The notes under the pieces were generated by a model. The model was not told the DNA's origin. It did not search any database and was given only the letters and a program-made list of their open reading frames with translations. A DNA stretch of 64,000 nucleotides from Candidatus Acidiferrum sp. (GTDB lineage: Bacteria; Acidobacteriota; Terriglobia; Acidiferrales; UBA7541): the NCBI GenBank assembly GCA_041486245.1, contig JBGPLB010000003.1, forward strand, positions 5,032 through 69,031, in the 5' to 3' direction. How positions within the stretch are numbered: position 1 is the first letter of the stretch; each line of letters starts with the position of its first letter. The translations under genes and the position numbers were made by a program. Shown in pieces: positions 28,121-37,538 of the stretch.

Positions 28121-29848
28121 TCAAACCGATTTGGAAGGAACGCGAGGAAAGGGCCGGTGGACCAAGCCTTTGCCTTCCTCGACAGATAGAATCTGACCGG
28201 CTTTCAAGTTTATGAGTTTGGTGAACTCACCGCTGGGCCACTTGATTTCGATTTGATCGATGGCGGAGCGCTGCCCCAGCCCGAAATGCAGGCGCGGATC
28301 TTGCGCGGATTGATAGCTCATACCTCCTTTTCTTTCATCGAAGAGAACCAAATCTCCGGCGGTCAGTTTGACGCGGGCGCCCACGGCGTCACGATTCGAA
28401 TGAGTGCCGATGAGGAAGAGCTGCAACCAGTGATTGGAATTGCCGCCGTCATTGCGCAGGAGTTGCGGGGGCTGGCCGTTGTTGTTGACAAGAATGTCCA
28501 GGTCACCGTCATTGTCAAAATCGCCGATGGCGGCGCCGCGGCTGACGCGCGGCAATAGAAAATCGGCTCCGAGCTGATCGCTCACATTCTCAAAGACTCC
28601 AGAACCGTTGTTGCGGAACATGAGTTTGGGTTCTGCGTAGCGCGTTTCAGCGTGATAGAGCTGGATGTTATCGAGGACATGACCATTGGCGATGAAGAGA
28701 TCGCGCCGGCCATCGTTATCGTAATCCAGGAAGCGGGCGCCAAAGCCGCTCATGTGGAAAGTGGCGTAGGAGATTTTCGAGCGATAGGTGGCGTCTTCAA
28801 ACACGCCGTCGCCGAGATTGCGGTACAGGCGCGCCAGCTGTTGATCCAGATGCGTCACGACCAGATCGAGCCGTCCGCTTCCCGTGGTATCAGCGGCGTC
28901 GGTGCCCATGCCGGCTTCGAATTGACCGTCGATGCCGACGGCCACGCCCGCTGAATAGGCTACTTCGCGAAAAGTGCCATCGCGGTTGTTATGAAACAAG
29001 AAATTCGGCATGGAGTCGTTGGCGATAAAAATATCCTGCCAGCCATCACTGTCGTAGTCGAAGGTTACAACTCCGAGTCCGTTCCCTGGTTTCTGACCGA
29101 GGCCGGAGCGGCTGCTGACGTCCGTGAAGGTTCCGTCGCCGTTGTTGTGATACAAGGTGGGTGCCTGGCCGTGATAGACGTCCGGATGGCAGTAGCTTCG
29201 TAGCCCGGGGCCCTTGCTGCCGCAGTAGAAATTGTTTTGTGGTGACCAGTCGACGTAATTGGCGATGACCAAGTCGAGTTTTCCGTCATTGTCGTAATCA
29301 AACCAGGCAGCGCTAGAAGCCCACTTGCCGACGTTTCCGACTCCGGCTTTTGATGTCACATCGGAGAACGTTCCGTCCCCGTTGTTGTGATACAGGATGC
29401 ATCTTCCGTAGCCCAGAACGAAGATGTCCGGGAATCCGTCGTTGTCGTAGTCACCGACCGCGACGCCCATACCGAACAAGCCTTCCGCGCCAACGCCCGC
29501 GTGCTCCGTGACATCCGTAAAGGATCCGTCGCCATTGTTCTTATATAAAGCGCTACGCAAGTGCTGCTTCGGGGTGTAAAGGCTTGTGGCCGCCCCATTC
29601 ACAAGATAGAGATCCAGCAAGCCATCTTGGTCGTAATCGATCCAGCCGCAGCCGGAGCCCATCGTTTCAATCAGATACTTCTCCGCGGAAGCTGCATTGT
29701 CGTGAGTAAAAACAATACCCGAGGCGCGCGCGACATCTGTGAAGCGGACTTGGGGCGTGCGCGAGGCGCCGGAAAGGCCACGAGCACTGCTCACCAGGCC
29801 TGCGCCGAGATACTTGAAAAGTTCACGCCTTGAAAGGGGCAACGTCAT
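28121..29848 (-). CDS. CRTAC1-family FG-GAP/VCBS + ASPIC/UnbV protein (CRTAC1-2)
   Basis: Tat-like signal SRRELFKYLGAG. The same repeat architecture as CRTAC1-1. C-terminal GGMSYQSAQDPRLHFGLG...IEIKWPSG. Confidence 0.9.
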   Translation of the reverse strand: MTLPLSRRELFKYLGAGLVSSARGLSGASRTPQVRFTDVARASGIVFTHDNAASAEKYLIETMGSGCGWIDYDQDGLLDLYLVNGAATSLYTPKQHLRSALYKNNGDGSFTDVTEHAGVGAEGLFGMGVAVGDYDNDGFPDIFVLGYGRCILYHNNGDGTFSDVTSKAGVGNVGKWASSAAWFDYDNDGKLDLVIANYVDWSPQNNFYCGSKGPGLRSYCHPDVYHGQAPTLYHNNGDGTFTDVSSRSGLGQKPGNGLGVVTFDYDSDGWQDIFIANDSMPNFLFHNNRDGTFREVAYSAGVAVGIDGQFEAGMGTDAADTTGSGRLDLVVTHLDQQLARLYRNLGDGVFEDATYRSKISYATFHMSGFGARFLDYDNDGRRDLFIANGHVLDNIQLYHAETRYAEPKLMFRNNGSGVFENVSDQLGADFLLPRVSRGAAIGDFDNDGDLDILVNNNGQPPQLLRNDGGNSNHWLQLFLIGTHSNRDAVGARVKLTAGDLVLFDERKGGMSYQSAQDPRLHFGLGQRSAIDQIEIKWPSGEFTKLINLKAGQILSVEEGKGLVHRPFPRVPSKSV

Positions 29849-29926
29849 TTTGAATGGGGCGCGCTCCTATAGAGTGCGCGTGGCCACGAACTAAAATGAT
29901 TCTTGATGTGTGATATACAGCACACG

Positions 29927-31006
29927 CTAAAGGTTCGTGGATCGCCCGGCGAGAGCTTTTTCTTTGCCGCCCGGAACGCCCTGGGTTTTCCGGGCAAGTC
30001 CCGTGGATTCCCGAACGACTAGCTCCGGATCAATAAGAATTTCGCGGCCGGTCATCTGCTCTCTTTTCGAATCGGGGAGCAGATTTTCAAATATAGTCCG
30101 GCCAATCTGCTCGCGTGGAATATGCACAGTCGTAAGGGCTGGTGAGCAAAACTCGGCAAGCTTAATGTTGTCAAAGCCCGTTACCGAAATATCATTCGGC
30201 ACGCGGATTCCCTGATCGCGAAGCTCTCTCAGAACACCCACGGCCATGAAGTCATTTACGCAGAGGATTGCCGTAGGGTGAATGTTTGAGGCCAGCAACT
30301 CGCGAGCAGCCTGCCGGCCTCCTTCCAAGCCATCGGCGCCGGCTACGATTTGGCCTTCGCACCCGGGAGTGAAACCTGCGATGGTTTCTAGGAAGGTTTT
30401 TCTTCGTTCGCTGATCGGTCCAAGAGTGGAATGGTGTCCAACAAAAGCCATGCGAGTGTGACCAAGAGAATGAAGATACTCCGCGATTTTCTTCATTCCC
30501 TTCTTGTAGTCCACCCTGACATTGGTGATGTTTTTCCGGGGCGTTCCGACGTCATAGAAGACGATAGGAATTCTACTATCGGTGAGAACCTGCATCAGTT
30601 CCGCATCCATTTCGGAGACGATGGCAGCGAGACCGGCGACCCTCCAGCCGATCATCAAGCGCACGCTGGAGACAAGCTGCTCGGAACGGTAATCGGTGTT
30701 TGCAACAACAACTTCATAGCCGCGCGCGTGGGCCGCAGACTCGAGAGCGCGATAAATGTCGAAGAAAAAAGGGTTTTCCATATTGGAAACAAGAATTCCC
30801 AAGGTTCGGCTCTTGCCGCGGGCAAGAGAACGTGCGTGCAAATTGGGGTGATAATTAAGCTCTCCCGCAGCCTTGAGGACCCTCGCACGCGTCGAAGACT
30901 TGACCACCTTGAGGTCATTGAGGACACGCGACACAGTCGCAGTCGAAACACCCGCCTTCTTGGCTACGGCGTCCAGGTTCATGGATTCGAATCGTTTCAA
31001 TGACAT
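29927..31006 (-). CDS. LacI-family transcriptional regulator (LacI-1)
   Basis: HTH LDAVAKKAGVSTATVSRVLN followed by a periplasmic-binding-protein-like sugar-binding core. The start is ATG 31006 or ATG 30982. Co-directional with CRTAC1-2, 78 bp upstream of it. Confidence 0.9.
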   Translation of the reverse strand: MSLKRFESMNLDAVAKKAGVSTATVSRVLNDLKVVKSSTRARVLKAAGELNYHPNLHARSLARGKSRTLGILVSNMENPFFFDIYRALESAAHARGYEVVVANTDYRSEQLVSSVRLMIGWRVAGLAAIVSEMDAELMQVLTDSRIPIVFYDVGTPRKNITNVRVDYKKGMKKIAEYLHSLGHTRMAFVGHHSTLGPISERRKTFLETIAGFTPGCEGQIVAGADGLEGGRQAARELLASNIHPTAILCVNDFMAVGVLRELRDQGIRVPNDISVTGFDNIKLAEFCSPALTTVHIPREQIGRTIFENLLPDSKREQMTGREILIDPELVVRESTGLARKTQGVPGGKEKALAGRSTNL

Positions 31007-31222
31007 TTTATCAGTTTGTAAGGCGCCCTAAGTCCTTCGAAAATGCATGCCTAAACAGACGCTTGCCAGCTCTGCAGCTGCGGGCGATATTTCGCTCACG
31101 CTGCCAAGCTAGGAGAGTCGGCGCCAATAGGCAGTTCGTGCATCCTCGCATCGATCCATGGGGAATAATCTCATGGAAAAGTCCCCGAAAACTCCTGACC
31201 GGCGTGCGAGATGTAAGATGAC

Positions 31223-31236
31223 TGTAATCGTTTACA
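31223..31236. promoter_or_regulatory. LacI-type operator candidate TGTAATCGTTTACA
   Basis: 14-bp CG-centred near-palindrome (12 of 14 positions symmetric) in the LacI-1 / isomerase intergenic region. A TTGACA-17-ATATCT promoter-like element lies at 31278-31306. Confidence 0.45.
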
Positions 31237-31631
31237 TTATCACAGGATGGCCGCTCCCACGGTCTGCATTCCTGGTCTTGACAAGCATGCGACTTCCGGA
31301 ATATCTTGCCACTGCAAGCGATTACAAACAATGGACGCAAATGTGCTTCACGAACTGACGCTCCAGAGAAAGCCTCGGGGCCATTCTCCGTTAGAATTTT
31401 AGTTTACGGTGACAATTTGTTCCGTTCCAGTTCAGTCGAAGTCCTCCACTGCTTTGGCATACCCAGTGTCTTCCATTTGGCAGAGCCAGAATTGAGCGTC
31501 ATCTACAACGCATTGCGATGGCGGGTAAAGTTACTTTCCAAGCGAGGCATGCGACCATGGACACTTTGTGCGTACGTCTGTGGAGTGCATTTGCTCCAAG
31601 ACGCGCTGTGTGAGGGAGTGGAGATCATCCA

Positions 31632-33044
31632 ATGAGCGTAAAAGCGACACTCGGTGTCATCATCGGCAATCGAGGATTCTTTCCGGATCAACTGGCGAAG
31701 AGCGGCCGTGAAGAAATGATTCAGATTTTGCGAACGGCAGGCATTGAGGCGGTTGTTCTTGGGCCCGAGCAAAGCAAGCATGGCGCGGTCGAAACACATG
31801 AGGAAGCGAAGCGATGCGCGGCGCTATTTCGCTCCGCGAGCGATCGAATCGACGGCGTCATCGTCTCACTTCCGAACTTTGGTGACGAGCGAGCGATCGC
31901 GGACACATTGCGTTTGGCAGGCTTGAATGTGCCGGTATTGGTGCAAGCAACGCCGGACACTCCATCAAAAATGACAATTGCACACCGGCGCGACAGTTTT
32001 TGCGGGAAAATGTCGGCCTGTAACAATCTCTCGCAGTACCGAATTCCTTACTCCTTGACGAGCCTGCATACGGTAGAGCCGCAGTCCGATGCGTTTCGCC
32101 GCGATCTCGAGTGGTTCCTGGCCGTTTGCCGCGTCGTGAAAGGATTGAAGCGTTTGCGAATCGGAGCTATCGGCGCCCGGCCGGCGGCCTTCAACACGGT
32201 TCGCTACAGCGAAAAGATTCTGGAAGCCAACGGAATCTCGGTCGAGACCATTGATCTGTCAGAGATTCTGGGCCGTATCGAGCGGATGAAGGACGACAAT
32301 CCTGGAGCGCAAAAAAAGCTGGATGCCATCCGGCGCTATGTTTCCACCGGAAGCGTTCCAAACTCCGCGCTGCTAAAAATGGCCAAGCTGGGAGCCGTGA
32401 TCGACGGCTGGATGCGGGACGCCGAAGTATCAATCAGCGCCATTCAGTGCTGGACTTCGCTCGAAGAGTACTTCGGGGTTGTACCCTGCACAATCATGAG
32501 CATGATGAGCGACGACGGGCTCTCGAGCGCATGCGAAGTGGACATTGCCGGCGTCGTTGGGATGCACGCGCTGCATCTTGCTTCGGAAACTCCCAGCGCG
32601 CTTCTGGATTGGAACAACAATTATGCGGAGGATCCCGATAAGGCGGTTTGCTTCCATTGCAGCAATCTACCGAAACATTTTTTCAAAGACGTGCGCATGG
32701 ACTTCCAGGAGATTATTGCGGGGACTGTGGGCAAGGAAAACACGTTCGGAACGTGCGTAGGCAGAGTGAAAGCCGGGCCGATGAGTTTTGCGCGGTTTTC
32801 CACGGATGACCTTCAAGGCGCCATGCGAGGTTACGTTGGCGAGGGGAACTTTACCGATGATCCGCTCGAAACGTTTGGCGGCGCAGGCGTCGTGCACATT
32901 CCTCATTTGCAGAAGCTGCTTCGGTACATTTGCGAGCGCGGGTTTGAGCATCACGTGGCCGCGAATTTTTCTACCGTGGCCTCCGCGGTGCACGAGGCTG
33001 CGACGCGATATCTCGGCTGGGACATGTATTGGCATCGCCCGTGA
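31632..33044 (+). CDS. L-fucose/L-arabinose isomerase-family sugar isomerase
   Basis: 470 aa. The N-terminus LGVIIGNRGFFPDQLAKSGREEM and the overall length match the short FucI/AraA-family proteins as I remember them. The substrate is not assignable. Confidence 0.75.
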   Translation: MSVKATLGVIIGNRGFFPDQLAKSGREEMIQILRTAGIEAVVLGPEQSKHGAVETHEEAKRCAALFRSASDRIDGVIVSLPNFGDERAIADTLRLAGLNVPVLVQATPDTPSKMTIAHRRDSFCGKMSACNNLSQYRIPYSLTSLHTVEPQSDAFRRDLEWFLAVCRVVKGLKRLRIGAIGARPAAFNTVRYSEKILEANGISVETIDLSEILGRIERMKDDNPGAQKKLDAIRRYVSTGSVPNSALLKMAKLGAVIDGWMRDAEVSISAIQCWTSLEEYFGVVPCTIMSMMSDDGLSSACEVDIAGVVGMHALHLASETPSALLDWNNNYAEDPDKAVCFHCSNLPKHFFKDVRMDFQEIIAGTVGKENTFGTCVGRVKAGPMSFARFSTDDLQGAMRGYVGEGNFTDDPLETFGGAGVVHIPHLQKLLRYICERGFEHHVAANFSTVASAVHEAATRYLGWDMYWHRP

Positions 33045-33141
33045 GCAGAGTCATCGCAGGCATTGAGATGGGAACGTTGAATTGCCAACTCGTGTTCTTG
33101 AAGAATGGCTGGGGAGCACGAGGAGCGAGTTCGAGGGCGCA

Positions 33142-35376
33142 TCAAAGGGCCACTTTAAGCGGGCTTCCGTCGAAGACCACTGACCGCGTCTGTTGCTCCA
33201 GCTTCACCTCTAATTTTCTCCGGAGTGGAGGAAGCATGCGAGACCCAGCCGCGAGGCGCAGAGTCAAAGTGCGGGTGGCGTCCTGCCAGTCCATTTGAAT
33301 CCCCATCCATTCGCCCTTGCGATAGTTGAAGGAGCTTCCGTCATCTTCGTAAAGCAAAAAGGAAGCATCGCTTCCGGGATAAATGGAAAGTGAGAGAGGC
33401 TGCTCCGCTTTTTCGCCCGTGAACTGTTTGACGGGGCCGAGAGGCAGTATCGACCCGGCGCGAATGTAGAGCGGCATGGTCTCAAGGTCCACGTTGCGGC
33501 TGATTTCGCGGTCCCCTTCAAGATGTTCCTGAGTCCAAAAATCGTACCAGCCGCCGGCAGGCAAGTAGACCTTCCGTGTTGCTGCCTCTCTTTCAACGAC
33601 AGGTGCCACAAGCACATTCTTTCCCCACATATATTGATCGCTGCAAGCGATTGCCCTCGGATCATCCGGATAGTGCAACCAGAGTGCGCGCATAATCGGC
33701 ATGCCGGTAGTCGCACATTCGTGGACCGTGCTGTAGAGATAGGGAAGCATTCTGTAGCGCAGCTCAAGATACTTTCGGCAAATGGTTTCGACCTGCGGAT
33801 TGTGAAGCTGGCTGGAATCCGGGATTGCAGCACCGTTGTAATTGTTGATTTCGACCGGGCCGGGGTCGCCGGTGTTCCACCCCCATGGCAGGCGGAGCTT
33901 CCAAGTGCGGCCGTGACACCGAAACAGCGGACAAAAAGATCCGAACTGAAACCAGCGCAAGTAAAGTTCGGCGGTGAATTCCTTTGTGGGCACGAAACCG
34001 CCGATGTCCGTGCCCCAGTAGGGAATTCCTGTTAGAGCGGTGTTGATGGCGACAGGAATGTGAACTTTGAGAGTCTCCCAAGTGGAGTAAACGTCTCCGG
34101 ACCACAAGAAAGAGCCATACCGTTGCATGCCTGCATAACCGTTTCGGTGGAGGGCGTACGGCCGTTCATTCGGCCTGTCGAGTTGCGGACCTTCCCAGTA
34201 CATGCGGTTGCGGACCAAACGCGAGGAAGTATCCAGCGGATCGCCTTCATCGGGCCACCAGCCATCAACTCCGAGGGCAAAATCCTTGCGGTGAGCGTCC
34301 CAGTGGCAGCTCGCTAGTTCTTCATCGAATCGGGCGAGTTCGCATGCGTCGCGGACGGTCCCACGAAGCTTGTCGGACAAAATAACAACGTGAAACACAG
34401 CCCGGAAATTGTTCTTGTGAAGTTCGCTGAGAATTTCCTTTGGGTCGGGAAACACACGTGAATTCCATACGAAGGAGCCGTTTTCTGTATTCCAGCCGGA
34501 GGGGCAGAATCCGGTGCCCAAATAGATTAGCGCATCGCAGGGGAGTTTTTTCTCGCGGAATGTTTTTGCTTCGGCTAGCACTTCGTCGCGGTTGGCTAGC
34601 GTGCGATGCGATTGCTGATAGCCGAAACTCCAGAGCGGGGGCAGCTCGGCGTGTCCCGTGAGCCTGGCATACTCGGCCATGATCGTCGCGGGATTGCGCG
34701 ACGCGACGAAAAAGAGATCGAGAGGCAGAGCGGATCGCGGAGTAGTTGGCTGGAACTTGCTCTGCGCTCCCGTGAAATCAAACGTGCCGAAGGGCTGATG
34801 GAAGAACATCGCCCAACCAGCCGTGCCGATCACCCATGGGATGGGCACGCGGCCGCCGTGCGTAGCCAGGTGGTAGCCGCCTTGACCACTGTGCATGCGG
34901 TCGGTTGAGCCGCGCCGGTCAAACTGCGGCCCGCCTTCTCCGAGGCCGAGCAACGGTGAATCTCCGGTTTGAAAAGTAAGGACACCGGTGTCTTCCTCGA
35001 TGGAGAGCTGCTGGATTGTTTGTCCTTCGGGTGATGTGATGTTAAAGGAGAGCGGGTTGAGAGAGAACAACACCGTCATATTTCCGCATTTGACCGTTTT
35101 TGTTTTGACGTCGCCGCGGATTGTGGCGGCCGGGAAGCCCCATGATGATCTGACGAGTGGGCCATCTGATGGAATAGTGCTCGCAACACCGCGCCTGAAG
35201 GGAACTAAGCTGAGGCGAATAGTGTTGCCGCTCACGGACGTGAGTTGAACTTCGCAGTCTTCTCCAGCAACGCGCAGACCTGTGCTCGCGATGGTGCTCT
35301 CTTGCGGCAGGAGCATTCCTGCGGAAGCTCCGGCTAATTGAGCCAGCAATTCCCGGCGATTCCACTGTCTGGTCAT
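33142..35376 (-). CDS. Glycoside hydrolase family 31 (alpha-glycosidase; specificity unknown), Tat-exported
   Basis: Tat-like NRRELLAQLAGASAG. GH31 motifs GVDGWWPDEGDP and FLWSGDVYSTWETLKVHIPVAINTALTGIPYWGTDIGGF. Confidence 0.9.
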   Translation of the reverse strand: MTRQWNRRELLAQLAGASAGMLLPQESTIASTGLRVAGEDCEVQLTSVSGNTIRLSLVPFRRGVASTIPSDGPLVRSSWGFPAATIRGDVKTKTVKCGNMTVLFSLNPLSFNITSPEGQTIQQLSIEEDTGVLTFQTGDSPLLGLGEGGPQFDRRGSTDRMHSGQGGYHLATHGGRVPIPWVIGTAGWAMFFHQPFGTFDFTGAQSKFQPTTPRSALPLDLFFVASRNPATIMAEYARLTGHAELPPLWSFGYQQSHRTLANRDEVLAEAKTFREKKLPCDALIYLGTGFCPSGWNTENGSFVWNSRVFPDPKEILSELHKNNFRAVFHVVILSDKLRGTVRDACELARFDEELASCHWDAHRKDFALGVDGWWPDEGDPLDTSSRLVRNRMYWEGPQLDRPNERPYALHRNGYAGMQRYGSFLWSGDVYSTWETLKVHIPVAINTALTGIPYWGTDIGGFVPTKEFTAELYLRWFQFGSFCPLFRCHGRTWKLRLPWGWNTGDPGPVEINNYNGAAIPDSSQLHNPQVETICRKYLELRYRMLPYLYSTVHECATTGMPIMRALWLHYPDDPRAIACSDQYMWGKNVLVAPVVEREAATRKVYLPAGGWYDFWTQEHLEGDREISRNVDLETMPLYIRAGSILPLGPVKQFTGEKAEQPLSLSIYPGSDASFLLYEDDGSSFNYRKGEWMGIQMDWQDATRTLTLRLAAGSRMLPPLRRKLEVKLEQQTRSVVFDGSPLKVAL

Positions 35377-35435
35377 TTTCAGTCCCCTTGGATCGTCCCG
35401 GCGCTCATTTCGGATTTGGAGTCATGGACGCGCGG

Positions 35436-35447
35436 CACCACGTGGTG
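35436..35447. promoter_or_regulatory. Perfect 12-bp palindrome CACCACGTGGTG upstream of GH31
   Basis: Read directly from the sequence. Lies 60 nt upstream of the GH31 start codon (35376, minus strand). Confidence 0.3.
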
Positions 35448-35656
35448 ACTGAGAAATAGTCAATCCACCGTTTGCGAGTCCCGTGTGTTCGTTCGATCAG
35501 TGCAGGAGCGGGACATCGGGCAGCATTGTATGCAATATCCAGTCATGGCTGCGAGTTCATTTCGATGGACGTGAGACGAAGAATGACTATGTGCGCGGTC
35601 AACGCAGGTAGTCCGCAACTCCCACTCAGATCAAACCGCTGACAGCGGCCACACGC

Positions 35657-36124
35657 TTATTTCGCGAACCGCCGAACGCTGAAGGAAATCGGCAGCCCGA
35701 CCACGACCATGTGAACCAGCAGCCCTAGAATCAGGTCATGAAGTTTGTATGGGCCTCTAGAGTGAAGCGCGGAGAGCGGCAAAACGACAAGATTCATCAC
35801 CTCTTGCACTGCAGCGCCAAAGAACAAACCACACACCAGTGGGTGCTCCAGCATAAAACTCAGCCTGCGGCTCGCCATGTAGTAAACAGCCGCTGCCGAG
35901 CAAGCGATAAAGAAGTGCAGCACGACGCCAAGAACATAGGTACCGACGCCTCCCTGGAAAGCCCCCCGCCCCAACAGGCCGGCGGCAATAACTAGCGGGA
36001 TGTCCCATCCAAACAGGATGCAAGCTTGTAGAAGGTCCAAAGTCCCGGCAATCCCGCCGCCCACAGCGATTGCCAATAATGCATTCCTTTTTCCCAATGG
36101 CCTAGGTGCAGAATCTCCAATCAT
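35657..36124 (-). CDS. Small integral membrane protein of unknown function (about 4 TM segments)
   Basis: 155 aa with four hydrophobic stretches (LLAIAVGGGIAGTLDLL, GTYVLGVVLHFFIACSAAAVYY, CGLFFGAAVQEVMNLVVL, LILGLLVHMVVVGLPI). Confidence 0.7.
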   Translation of the reverse strand: MIGDSAPRPLGKRNALLAIAVGGGIAGTLDLLQACILFGWDIPLVIAAGLLGRGAFQGGVGTYVLGVVLHFFIACSAAAVYYMASRRLSFMLEHPLVCGLFFGAAVQEVMNLVVLPLSALHSRGPYKLHDLILGLLVHMVVVGLPISFSVRRFAK

Positions 36125-36221
36125 GCGATATTTCCCCTTTCACGCCTGGCTTGTTTGCAATCCGCAACGCAGTTGCACGATACGCAGGTTGGACCCAAGA
36201 AGAGGGCTAACCCGAGTGACC

Positions 36222-37508
36222 TTACTTGAAGAGCGCGAGATCGATTGCATCGGCCATGGCCTGATAGCCAGCATCATTAGGATGAAGATGGTCTTTTGAA
36301 GCGAAGCGCGGCAACAGTCTGCTGGGGTGATCGGGATCGCGCAAAACCGCATCGAAGTCGATCACCCCGTCAAACGAGCCGCTGGTCCTGATCCATTTGT
36401 TTACCGCCTGCCGAGTTGCTTCCTTCGAATCGGAGTAGTAACCAGGAAGGTCTACGCCTTCAAAGGGACTGATCGTTGCGCAAATCAGCTTGACCCCGTG
36501 AGCGTGAGCGCGGGAAATCAATTGGCGGTACGCGTCGATTAGGTCCTCCGTACCGCGAATGTCAGCCGGATTGGCAAGGTAGCGCTCGCCCAGCTTTGCG
36601 CCGGGGAAACCGATGTCATTGATCCCTTCGAGTAGCACAATGTGAGTTACGCCTGGCAGCGCCAGGGCGTCCCGATCGAATCGAGCCAAGGCACTGACGC
36701 CGAATCCGGCACCGAAGCCGGCGCCGGCGCGGAGGCCATCGCTCAGCAACCGGTTACCGGCTAAGCCCGAATTGACCACTGCCAGCTTCGAATCTTCGGG
36801 CGTCATTCCCAGACGACGGGTGAGATCGCTCGGCCAATTGTGATCCGCGTCCACAGTCGAGCCATCTCCATCCGTGACAGAATCGCCAAACGCCACGACG
36901 AGGCGCTGGGACGACTGAGCAGGGACGAGCACAGCACTAACCGCGATTGACGATTTAGACGTGGCTCCAGCATCTATCTTTACCGCACGAGTGTAGTCAC
37001 CATGCTGCGAGACCACTGCGCGCTTGAGAGCGAGCTCATGCACGGTGGGTGTAGCGACTCGTTTAGGGAAATAGAGGCTGATGCTGATCTCGGCTCCCGA
37101 AATCAGGGGAAAGGCCACCGCGTCACTGAGGACCGCCGCCCCGGCTGGGAGGGTGACCGAATTGCGGCCTGCGAAAGTGACTGTCTGAATCGAGCCTGGC
37201 TTGACGCTCGCGGGATCGTTCGGCACCGCAATAGTCGCCGAGCCGATTAGGAGGGGTGCGGAGCCGTATTCGTTAGAAAAGCGAATGCAGATCTGGGCTC
37301 CCCCGATAGATACGCGCACGCGCTCTCGCACGGTCTGGTCCTCGAGATTGAGCAGCGGAAGCTTTGGATCGGGGTCCGCCCAGTTCGGGCTGGCCGCCCA
37401 AGTGGCGATCCAGGCGTTTCGTTGAGCCCCAGCCAGTTGGGGGACAACCAAGAAAAGGCAAGCTAGAGCGCAATTCCGTAACGCGTTCATGCCAGTGGAG
37501 TTCTTCAT
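36222..37508 (-). CDS. SGNH/GDSL-family hydrolase (probable carbohydrate esterase), secreted
   Basis: Signal peptide. Block I VVAFGDSVTDGDGS. Block V DHLHPNDAGYQAMA. An N-terminal beta-rich domain precedes the catalytic domain. Confidence 0.85.
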   Translation of the reverse strand: MKNSTGMNALRNCALACLFLVVPQLAGAQRNAWIATWAASPNWADPDPKLPLLNLEDQTVRERVRVSIGGAQICIRFSNEYGSAPLLIGSATIAVPNDPASVKPGSIQTVTFAGRNSVTLPAGAAVLSDAVAFPLISGAEISISLYFPKRVATPTVHELALKRAVVSQHGDYTRAVKIDAGATSKSSIAVSAVLVPAQSSQRLVVAFGDSVTDGDGSTVDADHNWPSDLTRRLGMTPEDSKLAVVNSGLAGNRLLSDGLRAGAGFGAGFGVSALARFDRDALALPGVTHIVLLEGINDIGFPGAKLGERYLANPADIRGTEDLIDAYRQLISRAHAHGVKLICATISPFEGVDLPGYYSDSKEATRQAVNKWIRTSGSFDGVIDFDAVLRDPDHPSRLLPRFASKDHLHPNDAGYQAMADAIDLALFK

Positions 37509-37538
37509 ACTAAGATCGAACCTTGTTCAGCCTAGGCC

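Noticed and set aside
31306-31635. 109-codon ORF whose stop overlaps the isomerase start (ATGA).
   Set aside because: It has a TTG start without an RBS, third-position GC of only about 50% versus about 65% in neighbouring genes, rare codons (AGA, TTA, ATA) and a Cys/Trp-rich sequence with no recognisable features. It is kept only as part of the leader-region finding.
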